A stretch of DNA of 64,000 nucleotides. Source: a virus. The DNA lies in the IMG/VR virus record IMGVR_UViG_3300027747_000004, positions 32,001-96,000 of that record; one strand, 5' to 3'. This document shows positions 17,558 to 27,805 of this stretch, in pieces. The notes below the pieces were generated by a model. That model made no database searches. It was not told the origin of the DNA and saw only the letters and a list, made by a program, of their open reading frames with translations. The first letter of the stretch is position 1. Each line of letters starts with the position of its first letter. Both the position numbers and the translations under genes were made by a program.

Positions 17558-18526
17558 ATGGTTACAAATACCGAAAAAGATGATGTTTTGCACGTGCAGG
17601 AAGGCCAAGACGGCACCGCCACGGTAGAACTGCCTGAGGGCATCCTGCCCCAAGACGACAACAACGACGATAAAACGCCCAATAACGCCCAATCCGACGA
17701 CGGAAGCGATGACGACCACCCGGACGACAGCGACGCGGTGCGCGCAGCACGCCGCGCACGCCGCCGGTCCAAGAAAGACCTCATCCGCAAGACCAACGAA
17801 GAGAAGGATATTCGCCTGCAGGCCATCCAACGCGAGAACGAGGAGCTGCGAAACCGGCTTTCGCGCGTGGAACAGAAGACTCAGGCTTACGACGTGGGCC
17901 GAATTGAGAAGGCAATTGAGGACCAGCAGGTGCGCATGGAGTATGCGCGCATGAAATTGGCCGAGGCAACCGGTTCTGGTGACGGCGACGGCGCTGTAAA
18001 GGCGCAGGAACTGCTTTACGAGGCCCGAGACAGCCTTCGGCAGCTCGATGCCCTGCGCAGGCAGGCAAATCAGCCCGCGCAACCCGCGGCTCCGGCCGTA
18101 GATTACACCGTGCAACGCCACGCGACCACCTGGATTGAGCGAAACTCATGGTACAAACCCGATTTATCGGATACTGACAGCAAAATCGCAAAAGTAATCG
18201 ACGAAGACCTCGTAAAAGAGGGCTGGAACCCCGGAACTGACGATTATTGGGACGAATTAGACTCCCGCTTGCAAAAAAGATTGCCGCATCGCTATAATGA
18301 TTCGTCAGATAAACGTGATACCGACCGACGAACACCAAGGAACACCGTGGGAAGCTCAGGACGTGAAGCATCAGCCGCATACGGGGGCACAAACCGCACC
18401 TTTACCCTCACCGCTGAACAAGTGCGTGCGATGAAGGACGCGGGTATGTGGGATAACCCCGAAAAACGCGCAAAGATGATCAAACGATACGCAGCAGAAT
18501 CCCGTAACAATTCCCGGAGTAACTAA
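17558..18526 (+). CDS. Putative capsid scaffolding protein
   Basis: Acidic N-terminus, long coiled coil, W..RN.W, LTAEQ..A; between portal and capsid genes. Confidence 0.7.
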   Translation: MVTNTEKDDVLHVQEGQDGTATVELPEGILPQDDNNDDKTPNNAQSDDGSDDDHPDDSDAVRAARRARRRSKKDLIRKTNEEKDIRLQAIQRENEELRNRLSRVEQKTQAYDVGRIEKAIEDQQVRMEYARMKLAEATGSGDGDGAVKAQELLYEARDSLRQLDALRRQANQPAQPAAPAVDYTVQRHATTWIERNSWYKPDLSDTDSKIAKVIDEDLVKEGWNPGTDDYWDELDSRLQKRLPHRYNDSSDKRDTDRRTPRNTVGSSGREASAAYGGTNRTFTLTAEQVRAMKDAGMWDNPEKRAKMIKRYAAESRNNSRSN

Positions 18527-18528
18527 TC

Positions 18529-19077
18529 ATGACCGAATCACGTCTCAAAAAATCTCTCAATGCTGGTGGACGCCAAGATCGCGCAAGCGAGGACGCAACC
18601 CGCGCAGCACCCGAAGATAAGTTCATTTCAACGCAGGAACGTCGCAAGATGTGGAGCGAAGAGTGGACGCAATCAGCACTGCCCAAACTGCCCACATTTG
18701 ACGGGTGGCATCTTTGCTGGCTTTCAACATCCAACAGCTACGACTCCATTGATAAGCGGATTCGCCTAGGGTACGTTCCAGTTAAATCTGAAGAGTTACC
18801 GGGTTATGAAGACTATCGTGTAAAGGCCGGCGAGCATGTTGGTTACATTTCCTGTAACGAGATGTTGCTGTTCAAGTTACCCATGGACGTTTACCAAGAG
18901 ATCATGATGCACATGCACCACGATCAACCCATCGAAGAGGCGGAGAAAATTCGCGTCCAGGTGGAACAACTCCAAGGTGCACGCGACAGCAATGGTAAAT
19001 CGTTGGTAGGCGTTGAAGGCGAAGGATTGGGCAATTTTGATAGGCAACCAAACAAACTACCGGTATTTGCCGGTTAA
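18529..19077 (+). CDS. Conserved head-region hypothetical protein
   Basis: Tight operon spacing; LGYVPV, NEMLLFK. Confidence 0.75.
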   Translation: MTESRLKKSLNAGGRQDRASEDATRAAPEDKFISTQERRKMWSEEWTQSALPKLPTFDGWHLCWLSTSNSYDSIDKRIRLGYVPVKSEELPGYEDYRVKAGEHVGYISCNEMLLFKLPMDVYQEIMMHMHHDQPIEEAEKIRVQVEQLQGARDSNGKSLVGVEGEGLGNFDRQPNKLPVFAG

Positions 19078-19090
19078 CTAAGGAGTTAAT

Positions 19091-19690
19091 ATGAGTGCTA
19101 CCTCTGCTCCGTTTGGCCTTCGCCCCGCGTTTCACCCTTCGGGTCTGGATCGCGCACAAGCGCTGGCTGGCGGTATTACATCGGGTTATGCAACCCAAAT
19201 CTTGAAGGGCCAACCCGTTGCCTACTCGGCTTCGGCAGGTGTCATCGTTCCCCTCACTACCGCCCCTGCTGCTGGCTCTGCCGTAGCCTGGTCCGGTGCC
19301 TTTGCTGGCGTTGAGTGGACCGATACCACCGGTCGTCGTCGCGTGTCCAACTACTGGCCCGCAAGCACCGCGTACCAAACTGGTTCGTGCGTCGCTTATT
19401 TCTACAACGACAACAACATCGTTTACGAAATCCAAGCAGACGGTTCGATGGCTCAAACCACAATTGGTAACGAGTACAACTTCACCAATACCACCTCTGG
19501 TTCTTCCACAACCGGTCTGTCGCAATGCACTTTGGGTGCTTCGACTGCTGCTGGTAACGGTACCCAAGGCCAAATGCGCGTGGTTGATCTTAGTCAAGCG
19601 GTGGATAACGCGTGGGGCGACGCCTACACCGTTGTTCGTGTCGTTAACGCGCAGTCGCAGTTCTTCGGCGCTTTCACTGCTATCGCATAA
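19091..19690 (+). CDS. Putative capsid decoration/minor head protein
   Basis: APFGLRP N-terminus, beta-rich, strong SD TAAGGAG, immediately before capsid gene. Confidence 0.65.
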   Translation: MSATSAPFGLRPAFHPSGLDRAQALAGGITSGYATQILKGQPVAYSASAGVIVPLTTAPAAGSAVAWSGAFAGVEWTDTTGRRRVSNYWPASTAYQTGSCVAYFYNDNNIVYEIQADGSMAQTTIGNEYNFTNTTSGSSTTGLSQCTLGASTAAGNGTQGQMRVVDLSQAVDNAWGDAYTVVRVVNAQSQFFGAFTAIA

Positions 19691-19702
19691 GGAGAATAAA
19701 TA

Positions 19703-20617
19703 ATGGCTGCACCAATGAGAAGTACGGACTTTCGTTCAATCGTCGAACCGATTTTGAACGAATGCTTCGACGGCGTTTACGACCAACGCGCTGATGAATG
19801 GTCTCGTGTCTTCCGCGAGGAAGACGGTATCCCCCGCAACTACCACGAAGAACCCGTCCTTTACGGTTTCGGCGCGGCACCCCAACTGCCTGACGGCACC
19901 CCGGTGACGTACCAACAAGGTGGCGTGTTGTTCCTGAAGCGCTATGTCTACAAGGTCTACGGTCTGGCTTTTGCCTTGACCAAGGTCCTGGTGGAAGACG
20001 GCGACCACATCCGCTTGGGCCAAGTGTACGCACGTCATTTGGCACAGTCGCTAGTGGAGACCAAGGAACTGCTGTCCGCTAACGTCTTGAACGTGGCATT
20101 CAACAGCTCCTACCCCGGTGGCGACGGCGTGCCTTTGATCAGCACCGCCCACCCCATCGTGAACGGTACCTTCAGCAACCAGTTGGCCACCGCCGCTGTT
20201 CTGTCCCAGACATCTCTTGAGCAGATGCTGATCCAGATCCGCCAGGCAGTGGACAACAACGGCAAACGTATCCGCTTGGTGCCACGTCAGTTGGTCGTTG
20301 CCCCCGGCAACGTGTTCCAAGCTGAGGTGCTGCTGAAGTCGGTCCTGCGCACCGGCAACGCCAACAACGACATCAACCCGGTGAAATCCATCGGCTTGTT
20401 GGATGAGGGCGCTGCCGTTCTGTCTCGCTTGACCAGCGCCAACGCATGGTGGGTCCAGACCGATGCACCCGAGGGCTTCAAGCTCTTGATGCGTCGTCGT
20501 CTGGAAAAGACCATGGAAGGCGACTTCGAGACCGACTCGATGCGCTACAAGGCTACCGAGCGTTATGATGTGGGCTTCACTGACCCCCGTTGCGCTTACG
20601 GCACACCTGGTATCTAA
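19703..20617 (+). CDS. Major capsid protein (HK97 fold, Mu gpT-like family)
   Basis: EE..LYGFGAAP, YGLAFALT, GDGVPL.STAHP, F.T..MRYKATERY..GFTDPR; followed by terminator. Confidence 0.88.
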   Translation: MAAPMRSTDFRSIVEPILNECFDGVYDQRADEWSRVFREEDGIPRNYHEEPVLYGFGAAPQLPDGTPVTYQQGGVLFLKRYVYKVYGLAFALTKVLVEDGDHIRLGQVYARHLAQSLVETKELLSANVLNVAFNSSYPGGDGVPLISTAHPIVNGTFSNQLATAAVLSQTSLEQMLIQIRQAVDNNGKRIRLVPRQLVVAPGNVFQAEVLLKSVLRTGNANNDINPVKSIGLLDEGAAVLSRLTSANAWWVQTDAPEGFKLLMRRRLEKTMEGDFETDSMRYKATERYDVGFTDPRCAYGTPGI

Positions 20618-20633
20618 TACCAGCAAAGGCCTT

Positions 20634-20665
20634 GGCGGGGGGCCTTAATCCCCCGCCCCATTTTT
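20634..20665 (+). terminator. Terminator after capsid gene
   Basis: GGCGGGGG..CCCCCGCC plus T run. Confidence 0.65.
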
Positions 20666-20696
20666 AACATCGGTCAAACTTTTCAAGGAGCAGACC

Positions 20697-21947
20697 ATGC
20701 CTCAATTCGCAGATGACATCTTTCTGGGCGGTAACAACGGCCAGACCTACATGGGCACCGGCAACTACCCTGCCACGTCCGTATTTACCGGCCGTATTGC
20801 TACGACCACCCTTACCGTATATTCGACCCAGTCCGGTGACCCTTTGGTAGTTGGCCAGTACATTACCGGCTCTAGCGTAACCGCCAACTCCTACATCACC
20901 GCTGACCTCGGACAGGATAGCTCTGGTCGCAATACTTATACCCTGTCTCAGTCATCTACCGTGTCGTCCAACACAACTATGACGGCCGCTGGCAACGCCT
21001 TGCTGGGCGATCCTTCGCCGATGTCTTTGGGCGTTGGTCCTTTGGGCCGCATCTACGTGTTTGACACCGTGCCCCAGACCCTGCAGGCCGCAAACATCGC
21101 TGCATCGCAAACTCAAACTGCTGCAGGCGCGTTGACCCTGACTGCCGGTACCTCGGCTCGATCTGTGACCCGCAGCGATGGCACCACGGTGATTCAGTTG
21201 GACGTTCCTCGTGCAACCAGCGTCACGACCGGTACAGCAACCGGAACGGCTTTGGCTGGCGTGGCCACGACTGGCACCGGCGGCCAGATCTCGTTCACGT
21301 CTAATACCAGCGTGTACACCGGCCAGTACGTGACCGTGTCTGGCACCGCAGGCGGTACCGGTTCGATTACTGGCTACAGCAACCCTACGACCTACATCCT
21401 GTCTGCCGTAACCGCTACTACCGCGACCCTGTTGACCACCGCAAGCGGTGCTGTTGCATCTACCGCGGGTACGATTACTGGCCTGACCTTTACCCTGGGC
21501 GCGGCTCCCCGCGCTATGACGGTTGCGGGCTACGACTACTACGGCCAGGCCATGAGCGAGGTTATCACCAGCAGCTCTTCGGTCAGCACCGCAGTCAGCG
21601 GCAAGAAAGCGTTCTACCAGATCTCTTCTATCACCAGCGCAGGTGCAACCGGAACTGCGGTAACCGCAGGAACCACCGACGTGATTGGTTTGCCAGTCCG
21701 CGTGACGGACGCAGGCTACGTGATCAAGGTGGGCTGGAACAACGCCCTGCTGCAGAATGCTGGTACCTTCACGGCCGCCGACATGACATTGCCAGCTACC
21801 ACTACCACAGGTGACGTGCGCGGCACATTCTTGCCTACCACAGCCTCTGATGGCACCAAGCGTTTGGTCATGTCCATCGCTGTGCCCGGTATCGCAGTCG
21901 GACCCAATGCAACCCGCACTGGTGCCCTTGGTGTAACCCAAGCCTAA
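20697..21947 (+). CDS. T/S/G-rich virion structural protein
   Basis: Composition, position, G.DYYGQ.MSE, DV.GLP, GDVRGT. Confidence 0.7.
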   Translation: MPQFADDIFLGGNNGQTYMGTGNYPATSVFTGRIATTTLTVYSTQSGDPLVVGQYITGSSVTANSYITADLGQDSSGRNTYTLSQSSTVSSNTTMTAAGNALLGDPSPMSLGVGPLGRIYVFDTVPQTLQAANIAASQTQTAAGALTLTAGTSARSVTRSDGTTVIQLDVPRATSVTTGTATGTALAGVATTGTGGQISFTSNTSVYTGQYVTVSGTAGGTGSITGYSNPTTYILSAVTATTATLLTTASGAVASTAGTITGLTFTLGAAPRAMTVAGYDYYGQAMSEVITSSSSVSTAVSGKKAFYQISSITSAGATGTAVTAGTTDVIGLPVRVTDAGYVIKVGWNNALLQNAGTFTAADMTLPATTTTGDVRGTFLPTTASDGTKRLVMSIAVPGIAVGPNATRTGALGVTQA

Positions 21948-21960
21948 GGAGTGAAATACC

Positions 21961-23517
21961 ATGGCAACAAAGAAATCTAGCGGCGGTTTCGCCCAGATGC
22001 CTAAGATGATGACCAATGAGCCCTCGGCCATTCTGAAGCTGAAAAAAGGTGGCCACGTAGCTTCGGCTCACAAGGACGAGCATGGCCACACCAACATGAA
22101 GGGTGATGCCTTCAAGGCCAAGTACGCCATGGACAAGGCAGAAGATGGCGCGGCTCCCAAAAAGCCGTCCATGGCCGAACGTCGCAAAGCGATGTCCGGT
22201 GCCCTGCTTAACTCCAAGAAGGGTGGCAAAGTTGCAAAGCATGAAGATGCCGCGCAGGACCGCGCCATGATCAAGAAGGCCCTGGCAGGCAAGAAGTTTG
22301 CTGCTGGCGGCACCATTAAGGGTAATGCTGGCAAGTTTGCTAAGACCAAAGTCGTTGACGGTGACAAAAAAGACACCGCCAAGGGCACCGGTGTTGTGAA
22401 GATGGGCAAGCCCGCTGGTTACAAAACCGGCGGAACCATTGAAGGCAACGCTGGCAAGTTTGTCAAGACCAAAGTGGTTGGTGGCGACAAGACCGACAAA
22501 GCACACGGTACCAAGGGTATCAAAGAGGGCCAGCCTGCTGGTTTCAAAAAGGGCGGCAAGATTGGTTGGGAAAATCGCCCAGCCGATGATGGCGACCATT
22601 TTGACCCGGCTCATGGTACTGGTGGCGTGCGCGAAGGCAACGCTGGCGGCTACAAAAAAGGCGGTGCTGCAAAAAAGCATTTTGCCACGGGGGGCAGCGT
22701 TAATGATGCTGGCCGCGCCGTGGCAATGCCCCGCAAACCTGTGTCTCGTCCCGTAGCAAACAGCTTGCAATCTGGCACCTTCAAAAAAGGTGGCAAGGTC
22801 AAGAAGTATGCTGATGGCGGTAATGTTAGTGGTGGCATGGGCGGCACGGGTGGTACTACGCCGATGGATTACGCAATATCATCAAACCAATCTGCGTCAG
22901 TGCCGGGCGCACCTATAGGTGCAACTTTTGATGGCCCGGCACCGATGAATCCTTTTGGAGGCATGAATCCCAACATCGGCAAACCCGGCGCAACAATCAT
23001 GCCAACCATGGGAACAACTTCGCCAGTTCCCGCTGACCTGCAACAACAAGGACAGCAAGCGGCAATGCAGAAAGCGGCAATGCAGCAAGCGGCAATGCAG
23101 CAACCACCTATGAGTCAGCAGCAGCTAATGCAGCGTGCCCCAATGGGTGGCTTTGGTGGTATGCGCCCCCCAATGGGCGGAATGCGTCCTCCGATGGGTA
23201 ACATGCGTCCAATGCCGGTTGCCTACAATCCGAACGGCGCTACCAAGCTGTACAAAAAAGGCGGTAAGGTCAAGAAATTCGACATCGGTGGAAGCACTGG
23301 CAACGACATTCAAGATCTGTCCAATGGCGCGTATGCTGGAACCTACAAGAACCAGCGTGATGAAAACGAACGCGACCGAGAAGCCATCTTGGGGGCACCA
23401 GGAAGGGCGTATGATGCTGTCAAACGTCTGCTTGGAGGAAAGCCTGGCGCGGGAGCCGGTCGTGGGATGGTGAACCCGCCTATGGCCAAAAAACGCGGTG
23501 GCGGCGCTAAGTGCTAA
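21961..23517 (+). CDS. Lys/Gly-rich basic protein with ~12 xxxGG motifs (candidate core/internal polyprotein)
   Basis: LKKGG, SKKGG, FAAGG, YKTGG, FKKGG x2, YKKGG x2, FATGG, YADGG, FDIGG, KKRGG. Confidence 0.75.
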   Translation: MATKKSSGGFAQMPKMMTNEPSAILKLKKGGHVASAHKDEHGHTNMKGDAFKAKYAMDKAEDGAAPKKPSMAERRKAMSGALLNSKKGGKVAKHEDAAQDRAMIKKALAGKKFAAGGTIKGNAGKFAKTKVVDGDKKDTAKGTGVVKMGKPAGYKTGGTIEGNAGKFVKTKVVGGDKTDKAHGTKGIKEGQPAGFKKGGKIGWENRPADDGDHFDPAHGTGGVREGNAGGYKKGGAAKKHFATGGSVNDAGRAVAMPRKPVSRPVANSLQSGTFKKGGKVKKYADGGNVSGGMGGTGGTTPMDYAISSNQSASVPGAPIGATFDGPAPMNPFGGMNPNIGKPGATIMPTMGTTSPVPADLQQQGQQAAMQKAAMQQAAMQQPPMSQQQLMQRAPMGGFGGMRPPMGGMRPPMGNMRPMPVAYNPNGATKLYKKGGKVKKFDIGGSTGNDIQDLSNGAYAGTYKNQRDENERDREAILGAPGRAYDAVKRLLGGKPGAGAGRGMVNPPMAKKRGGGAKC

Positions 23518-23518
23518 C

Positions 23519-23544
23519 AGCAGGGGCTTCGGCCCCTGCTTTTT
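23519..23544 (+). terminator. Intrinsic terminator
   Basis: AGCAGGGGC-TTCG-GCCCCTGCT-TTTT. Confidence 0.85.
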
Positions 23545-23561
23545 AATTATTAGGTGAAAAA

Positions 23562-26189
23562 ATGTCCCAACTCGTCGTCTACACAGGCCCCAGCAGCCAA
23601 ACCGATAATCAACTGCGCACACAGACTTCACAGCGTTCGGCTGCATATGACCCTGTGGACAAGTTGCGCACATCCAATCCTCAAGCATTGATTGACACCG
23701 ACTTTGAGTATGGCACCCAGCCAACCAAATGGGAATCAATCGGTCTTCAAAACAATCGTCAAAGCTGCTACTACATTGCGCAGTCCCCACTGACAATCAC
23801 GGGCATCACGGGCGCAAACACCTTGAATGGCGGATTCACGTTAGCAGGCACTTTCAGCTTGACCGCAGGCGACATCATCTACATTCAAAACTCCCTGAAC
23901 ACGGATTGCAATGGTTGGATGTATGTCACCACCACCTCAACAACCAGCGTCAATGTTCAAACAGCAGTAGGTACCACAATCCCTGCAACCAACTTCTACA
24001 ACAGTGCAGGAACTTACGTCTACAAAGGCTACTTTTACTCGTCATGTGGGTTTAACCTGACAGGCACCAGCGCGGTAACTAATGTTGGTACAACGATCAC
24101 GGTAACCACGACAAGCGCGCATGGTTTGAATGCAAACAGCTTGATCTACGTGGTTGGCTTGGGCGGTGGTACACCAGCCCCAAATGGCGCGTATATTGTT
24201 GCTACTGTACCTACAGCAAATACGTTCACCTACATAGTCGCATCAGCGCCTACAGTTGCCATCACCAACACAGCAGGCGCAACCAACATATACGCACGAC
24301 CTGCTGGTTATGTTGAAACTCGATCTTTTGACGGTGGCGTTGCATTCTCTGCTGGCTCTGCTGTTCCAAACCAACAGTTGATCCGCCAAACTCGTCGCTA
24401 CTTCCGTTACCAATCGGGAAAGGGCATCCAGTTTTCTACAGGTTCCTCGTTGAAGCCTTACTTGTTCAACCCATCGTTGAGTGCAAGCGGAACATCTATC
24501 GGCGCAACCATTACGGTCACCACGCAGTTTCCTCATAACCTAACTGCAAACACAGTTGTGACGGTTGCAGGCGTGGATCAAACGGGTTACAACGGCACAT
24601 ACACAATTCTTTCTACGGGCTTGACTGCAACTGCATTTACTTACACTGCAACAACCGCCCCTTCCTCTACAACAGCAACTGGATTGAACATCAAGGTCAG
24701 CCCGTTTAGTTGGTATGGATCAGGCAATCGCATTGGCTTCTTTGATCAACAAAACGGAATGTTTTTTGAGTTTGACGGCCAAGTACTGTATGCAGTGTTA
24801 CGTAGTTCTACAACCCAAATTAATGGCAGGTCAACTGTAACTACGGGTTCTGGAACCATTACAGGAACAGGAACGCAGTTTAGCACGCAACTGAAACCCG
24901 GCGACTATATTGTTATACGCGGTCAGTCGTACAAGGTGATCACAATCACCAGCGACACCTCCATGCAAGTCTCCCCAGAGTACCGAGGTGGCACGATCAG
25001 CCAGGGCGGTGTAATTATTTCTAAGACAATTGATACACGTACGCCACAGTCGCAGTGGTTTGACGTATGTGATGGCACAAGCAGTATCAATAACCCTTCG
25101 GGCTATCTGCTTGATTTGACGCGCATGCAAATGTGGTATATCGATTACTCATGGTATGGCGCTGGCTATGTTCGTTTTGGATTTCGCGGTAAAGACGGTG
25201 CGGTGACCTATGTGCATCAGATCCAAAACAACAACATCAAGTACGAAGCCTACATGCGTTCTGGCAACATGGCAGCGCACTACGAGTCCAACAACCAGTC
25301 GCTGGTGACCTACATTACTGCGTCTGCAGGAACAAGCGATACCACATTGAACGTGGCAAGTACCACAGCATTTGCGCCTACTGGTACTTTAAAAGTGCAA
25401 GCAAGCGGTACGTCTGGTGTAATTGAGTACATGACCTACACAGGCAAGACGGACACCACGTTTACCGGGTTGACTCGTGCAACCACTGGTGGCGCTGCTA
25501 CCGCGCAGTCATTTACTTACTCTGCTACCGCCCCGGTTGCAGTTGAATACGCATCACCTGACACTGCTGCGGCTCTGTCTCACTGGGGTTCTTCGGTCAT
25601 CATGGATGGGCAGTTCAATGATGACAAGTCGCTGATCTTTAACTACGGAACCACGGCGCAGCTTGCTGTTCCTGCGGGGGCAACCGTCCCTATTATTGCG
25701 ATTCGTATTGCACCATCTGTGGACAACGGACAGGTTGGCCTGCTTGGTGTTAAAGAAATTGTCAACCGTATGCAACTGCAATTGGTTGAGTTGGGTATTG
25801 TTTCTGCTGGTACGTTTCTAATTAACTTGGTTTTGAATGGATACTGCACTAGCTTTAGCGGGTCATGGAGTTCACCTACAGTCTCCAATGGGTACACCTC
25901 TTCATTAGCGCAAGTAGCGGTTAACACAACTACTACAGCGTCAATTAGCGGCGGTGAATCAGTTGCTGCAGCGTTCACCAATTCAAGCGGGCAAACTACA
26001 CTAGATTTAAGTGGAGTTCGGGATTTGGGTAACTCTATCCTTGGGGGCGGTACTACCTCTTCGGTTCCAACCGGACAATCGGGGCAGTACCCAGATGGGC
26101 CTGATATTTTGTATGTAGCTGCTACTAATACGGCAGGATCAGCTACAAATATTTTGGCTCGTTTGAGCTGGAAAGAAGCGCAGGCCTAA
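23562..26189 (+). CDS. Large beta-rich virion structural/adhesion protein
   Basis: LIDTDFEYG, RQTRRYFRYQSGKG, IDYSWYGAG; repeated TITVTT..H.L beta domains. Confidence 0.7.
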   Translation: MSQLVVYTGPSSQTDNQLRTQTSQRSAAYDPVDKLRTSNPQALIDTDFEYGTQPTKWESIGLQNNRQSCYYIAQSPLTITGITGANTLNGGFTLAGTFSLTAGDIIYIQNSLNTDCNGWMYVTTTSTTSVNVQTAVGTTIPATNFYNSAGTYVYKGYFYSSCGFNLTGTSAVTNVGTTITVTTTSAHGLNANSLIYVVGLGGGTPAPNGAYIVATVPTANTFTYIVASAPTVAITNTAGATNIYARPAGYVETRSFDGGVAFSAGSAVPNQQLIRQTRRYFRYQSGKGIQFSTGSSLKPYLFNPSLSASGTSIGATITVTTQFPHNLTANTVVTVAGVDQTGYNGTYTILSTGLTATAFTYTATTAPSSTTATGLNIKVSPFSWYGSGNRIGFFDQQNGMFFEFDGQVLYAVLRSSTTQINGRSTVTTGSGTITGTGTQFSTQLKPGDYIVIRGQSYKVITITSDTSMQVSPEYRGGTISQGGVIISKTIDTRTPQSQWFDVCDGTSSINNPSGYLLDLTRMQMWYIDYSWYGAGYVRFGFRGKDGAVTYVHQIQNNNIKYEAYMRSGNMAAHYESNNQSLVTYITASAGTSDTTLNVASTTAFAPTGTLKVQASGTSGVIEYMTYTGKTDTTFTGLTRATTGGAATAQSFTYSATAPVAVEYASPDTAAALSHWGSSVIMDGQFNDDKSLIFNYGTTAQLAVPAGATVPIIAIRIAPSVDNGQVGLLGVKEIVNRMQLQLVELGIVSAGTFLINLVLNGYCTSFSGSWSSPTVSNGYTSSLAQVAVNTTTTASISGGESVAAAFTNSSGQTTLDLSGVRDLGNSILGGGTTSSVPTGQSGQYPDGPDILYVAATNTAGSATNILARLSWKEAQA

Positions 26190-26190
26190 T

Positions 26191-26736
26191 ATGCCACTAG
26201 TCAAAAGCAAATCAAAAGAAGCGTTCAGCAAAAACATTTCTGCAGAAATGAAAGCTGGCAAGCCGCAAAAGCAAGCGGTAGCCATTGCCTACTCTGTTAA
26301 GAATGCTGTTGGCAAAAAGTCTGGTGGCTTGTGGGATAACATTCACGCTAAGCAAGAGCGCATTAAAAATGGATCTGGCGAGCGTATGCGCAAGCCCGGC
26401 TCAAAAGGCGCGCCAACCGCTGCCGACTTTAAAGCATCAGCTAAGCCTGCCAAAATGAAAAACGGCGGCGACCCTGTGCTGTCTGTTAGCCGCGGTGAAA
26501 AGTTGCCTACAAGCCAAGGCGCAGGTTTGACGCAAAAAGGACGTGACAAGTTTAACCGCGCAACTGGTAGCAACCTTAAGGCTCCGCAGGCAAAAGGCTC
26601 CAGACATGACTCATTTTGCGCAAGAATGAGTGGCATGCCTGGGCCTATGAAAGATGATAAAGGCCGCCCAACACGCAAAGCCGCGTCGCTAAAACGCTGG
26701 CATTGCGCTACAGGCGGCACAGTTAAAAACTACTAG
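26191..26736 (+). CDS. Basic protein made of three small phage modules joined by xxxGG
   Basis: GKPQKQAVAIAYS / LWDNIHAK..KPGSKGAPT / GLTQKGR..NLKAP..SFCARM..KRWHC. Confidence 0.75.
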   Translation: MPLVKSKSKEAFSKNISAEMKAGKPQKQAVAIAYSVKNAVGKKSGGLWDNIHAKQERIKNGSGERMRKPGSKGAPTAADFKASAKPAKMKNGGDPVLSVSRGEKLPTSQGAGLTQKGRDKFNRATGSNLKAPQAKGSRHDSFCARMSGMPGPMKDDKGRPTRKAASLKRWHCATGGTVKNY

Positions 26737-26746
26737 GTAATCCCAC

Positions 26747-27805
26747 ATGTCAACAAGCGGTACTGTTGGGCAAACTGTAATCACTGTACAAAATCTTATT
26801 GACAGTGGTGCTCGTCGTGCAGGAAAGCTTGCTGAAGAGCTTACGTCTGAGCAAATACAGGCGTCCAAGCAAAGCTTGTACTACCTACTGTCAAATCTTG
26901 TTAATCGCGGCATTCAATATTGGTGCATCCAAAAAGTAGTGCTGGGCTTAGTGCCTGACAAATACATTTATGATATGCCTGTTGGTGTCAATGACATCTT
27001 AAACTCAAATTACCGCACACTTACTGCAAACACATCAGGCGGGTACAGCTCTTCAGGTAATTCAGCCAACGTATTTGATGGGCAATACACAAATATTTGC
27101 CAACTTAGCAGCAATACAGGCGTTATTGGCATCAACAATGGCTCTGGAAGCCCGGTCTACGTGGGCTCCGTGGGTATCCTACCAGCCGTGTCGGGTTCTG
27201 TGACTCTGAGTGTGCAATACTCGCTTGATAATAGCACTTGGGTAACACTTTACAGCCCTGGCGCCACTACTTGGGTTGCGGGCACATGGGTTTACTACGA
27301 CTTGGACCCGTCTGCGTCTGCGCCATATTGGAGAATTCAGCAAACTGCCGGCGTAAACATGGGTGTGTACCAAGTTGTGTTTGGGTCTAACGCAACTGAA
27401 ATCCCACTTGCACGCTTGAATCGTGATGACTACACGAACTTGCCCAACAAAAACTTTTTGAACAACTACCCGCTGCAATATTGGTTTGATCGTACTATTC
27501 CGCAGCCGTCCATGTACTTATGGCCAACACCAAATACCTACGCACCTCAGATTGTGGCGTGGTGTTCATACTATGTGCAGGATGTAGGTAACCTCTCAGG
27601 TTCAATCCAAATACCCCAGCGATGGTATCTGGCCATCCAGAATATGCTTGCGCACCAGATGGCCATGGAGCTACCTGGCGTTGATGCAGCACGAATTCAA
27701 TATTGCGAAAATCAGGCTGAAAAGTACTGGATGCAAGCAGAGCAAGAAGAACGTGACAAGTCGCCAATTTATTTTGCGCCTAACATTAGTGTGTACACAC
27801 GATGA
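26747..27805 (+). CDS. Putative head-tail adaptor with inserted beta-sandwich domain
   Basis: L.NRG...W, R.DY..LPNK...P.QYWFDR, LWP.P, IPQRWY, EERD. Confidence 0.65.
   Translation: MSTSGTVGQTVITVQNLIDSGARRAGKLAEELTSEQIQASKQSLYYLLSNLVNRGIQYWCIQKVVLGLVPDKYIYDMPVGVNDILNSNYRTLTANTSGGYSSSGNSANVFDGQYTNICQLSSNTGVIGINNGSGSPVYVGSVGILPAVSGSVTLSVQYSLDNSTWVTLYSPGATTWVAGTWVYYDLDPSASAPYWRIQQTAGVNMGVYQVVFGSNATEIPLARLNRDDYTNLPNKNFLNNYPLQYWFDRTIPQPSMYLWPTPNTYAPQIVAWCSYYVQDVGNLSGSIQIPQRWYLAIQNMLAHQMAMELPGVDAARIQYCENQAEKYWMQAEQEERDKSPIYFAPNISVYTR

Noticed and set aside
162-22770. Long antisense and alternate-frame ORFs (e.g. 2747-4048, 6990-7952, 20952-22031)
   Set aside because: Shadows of GC3-rich genes on the opposite strand, with no motifs or RBS
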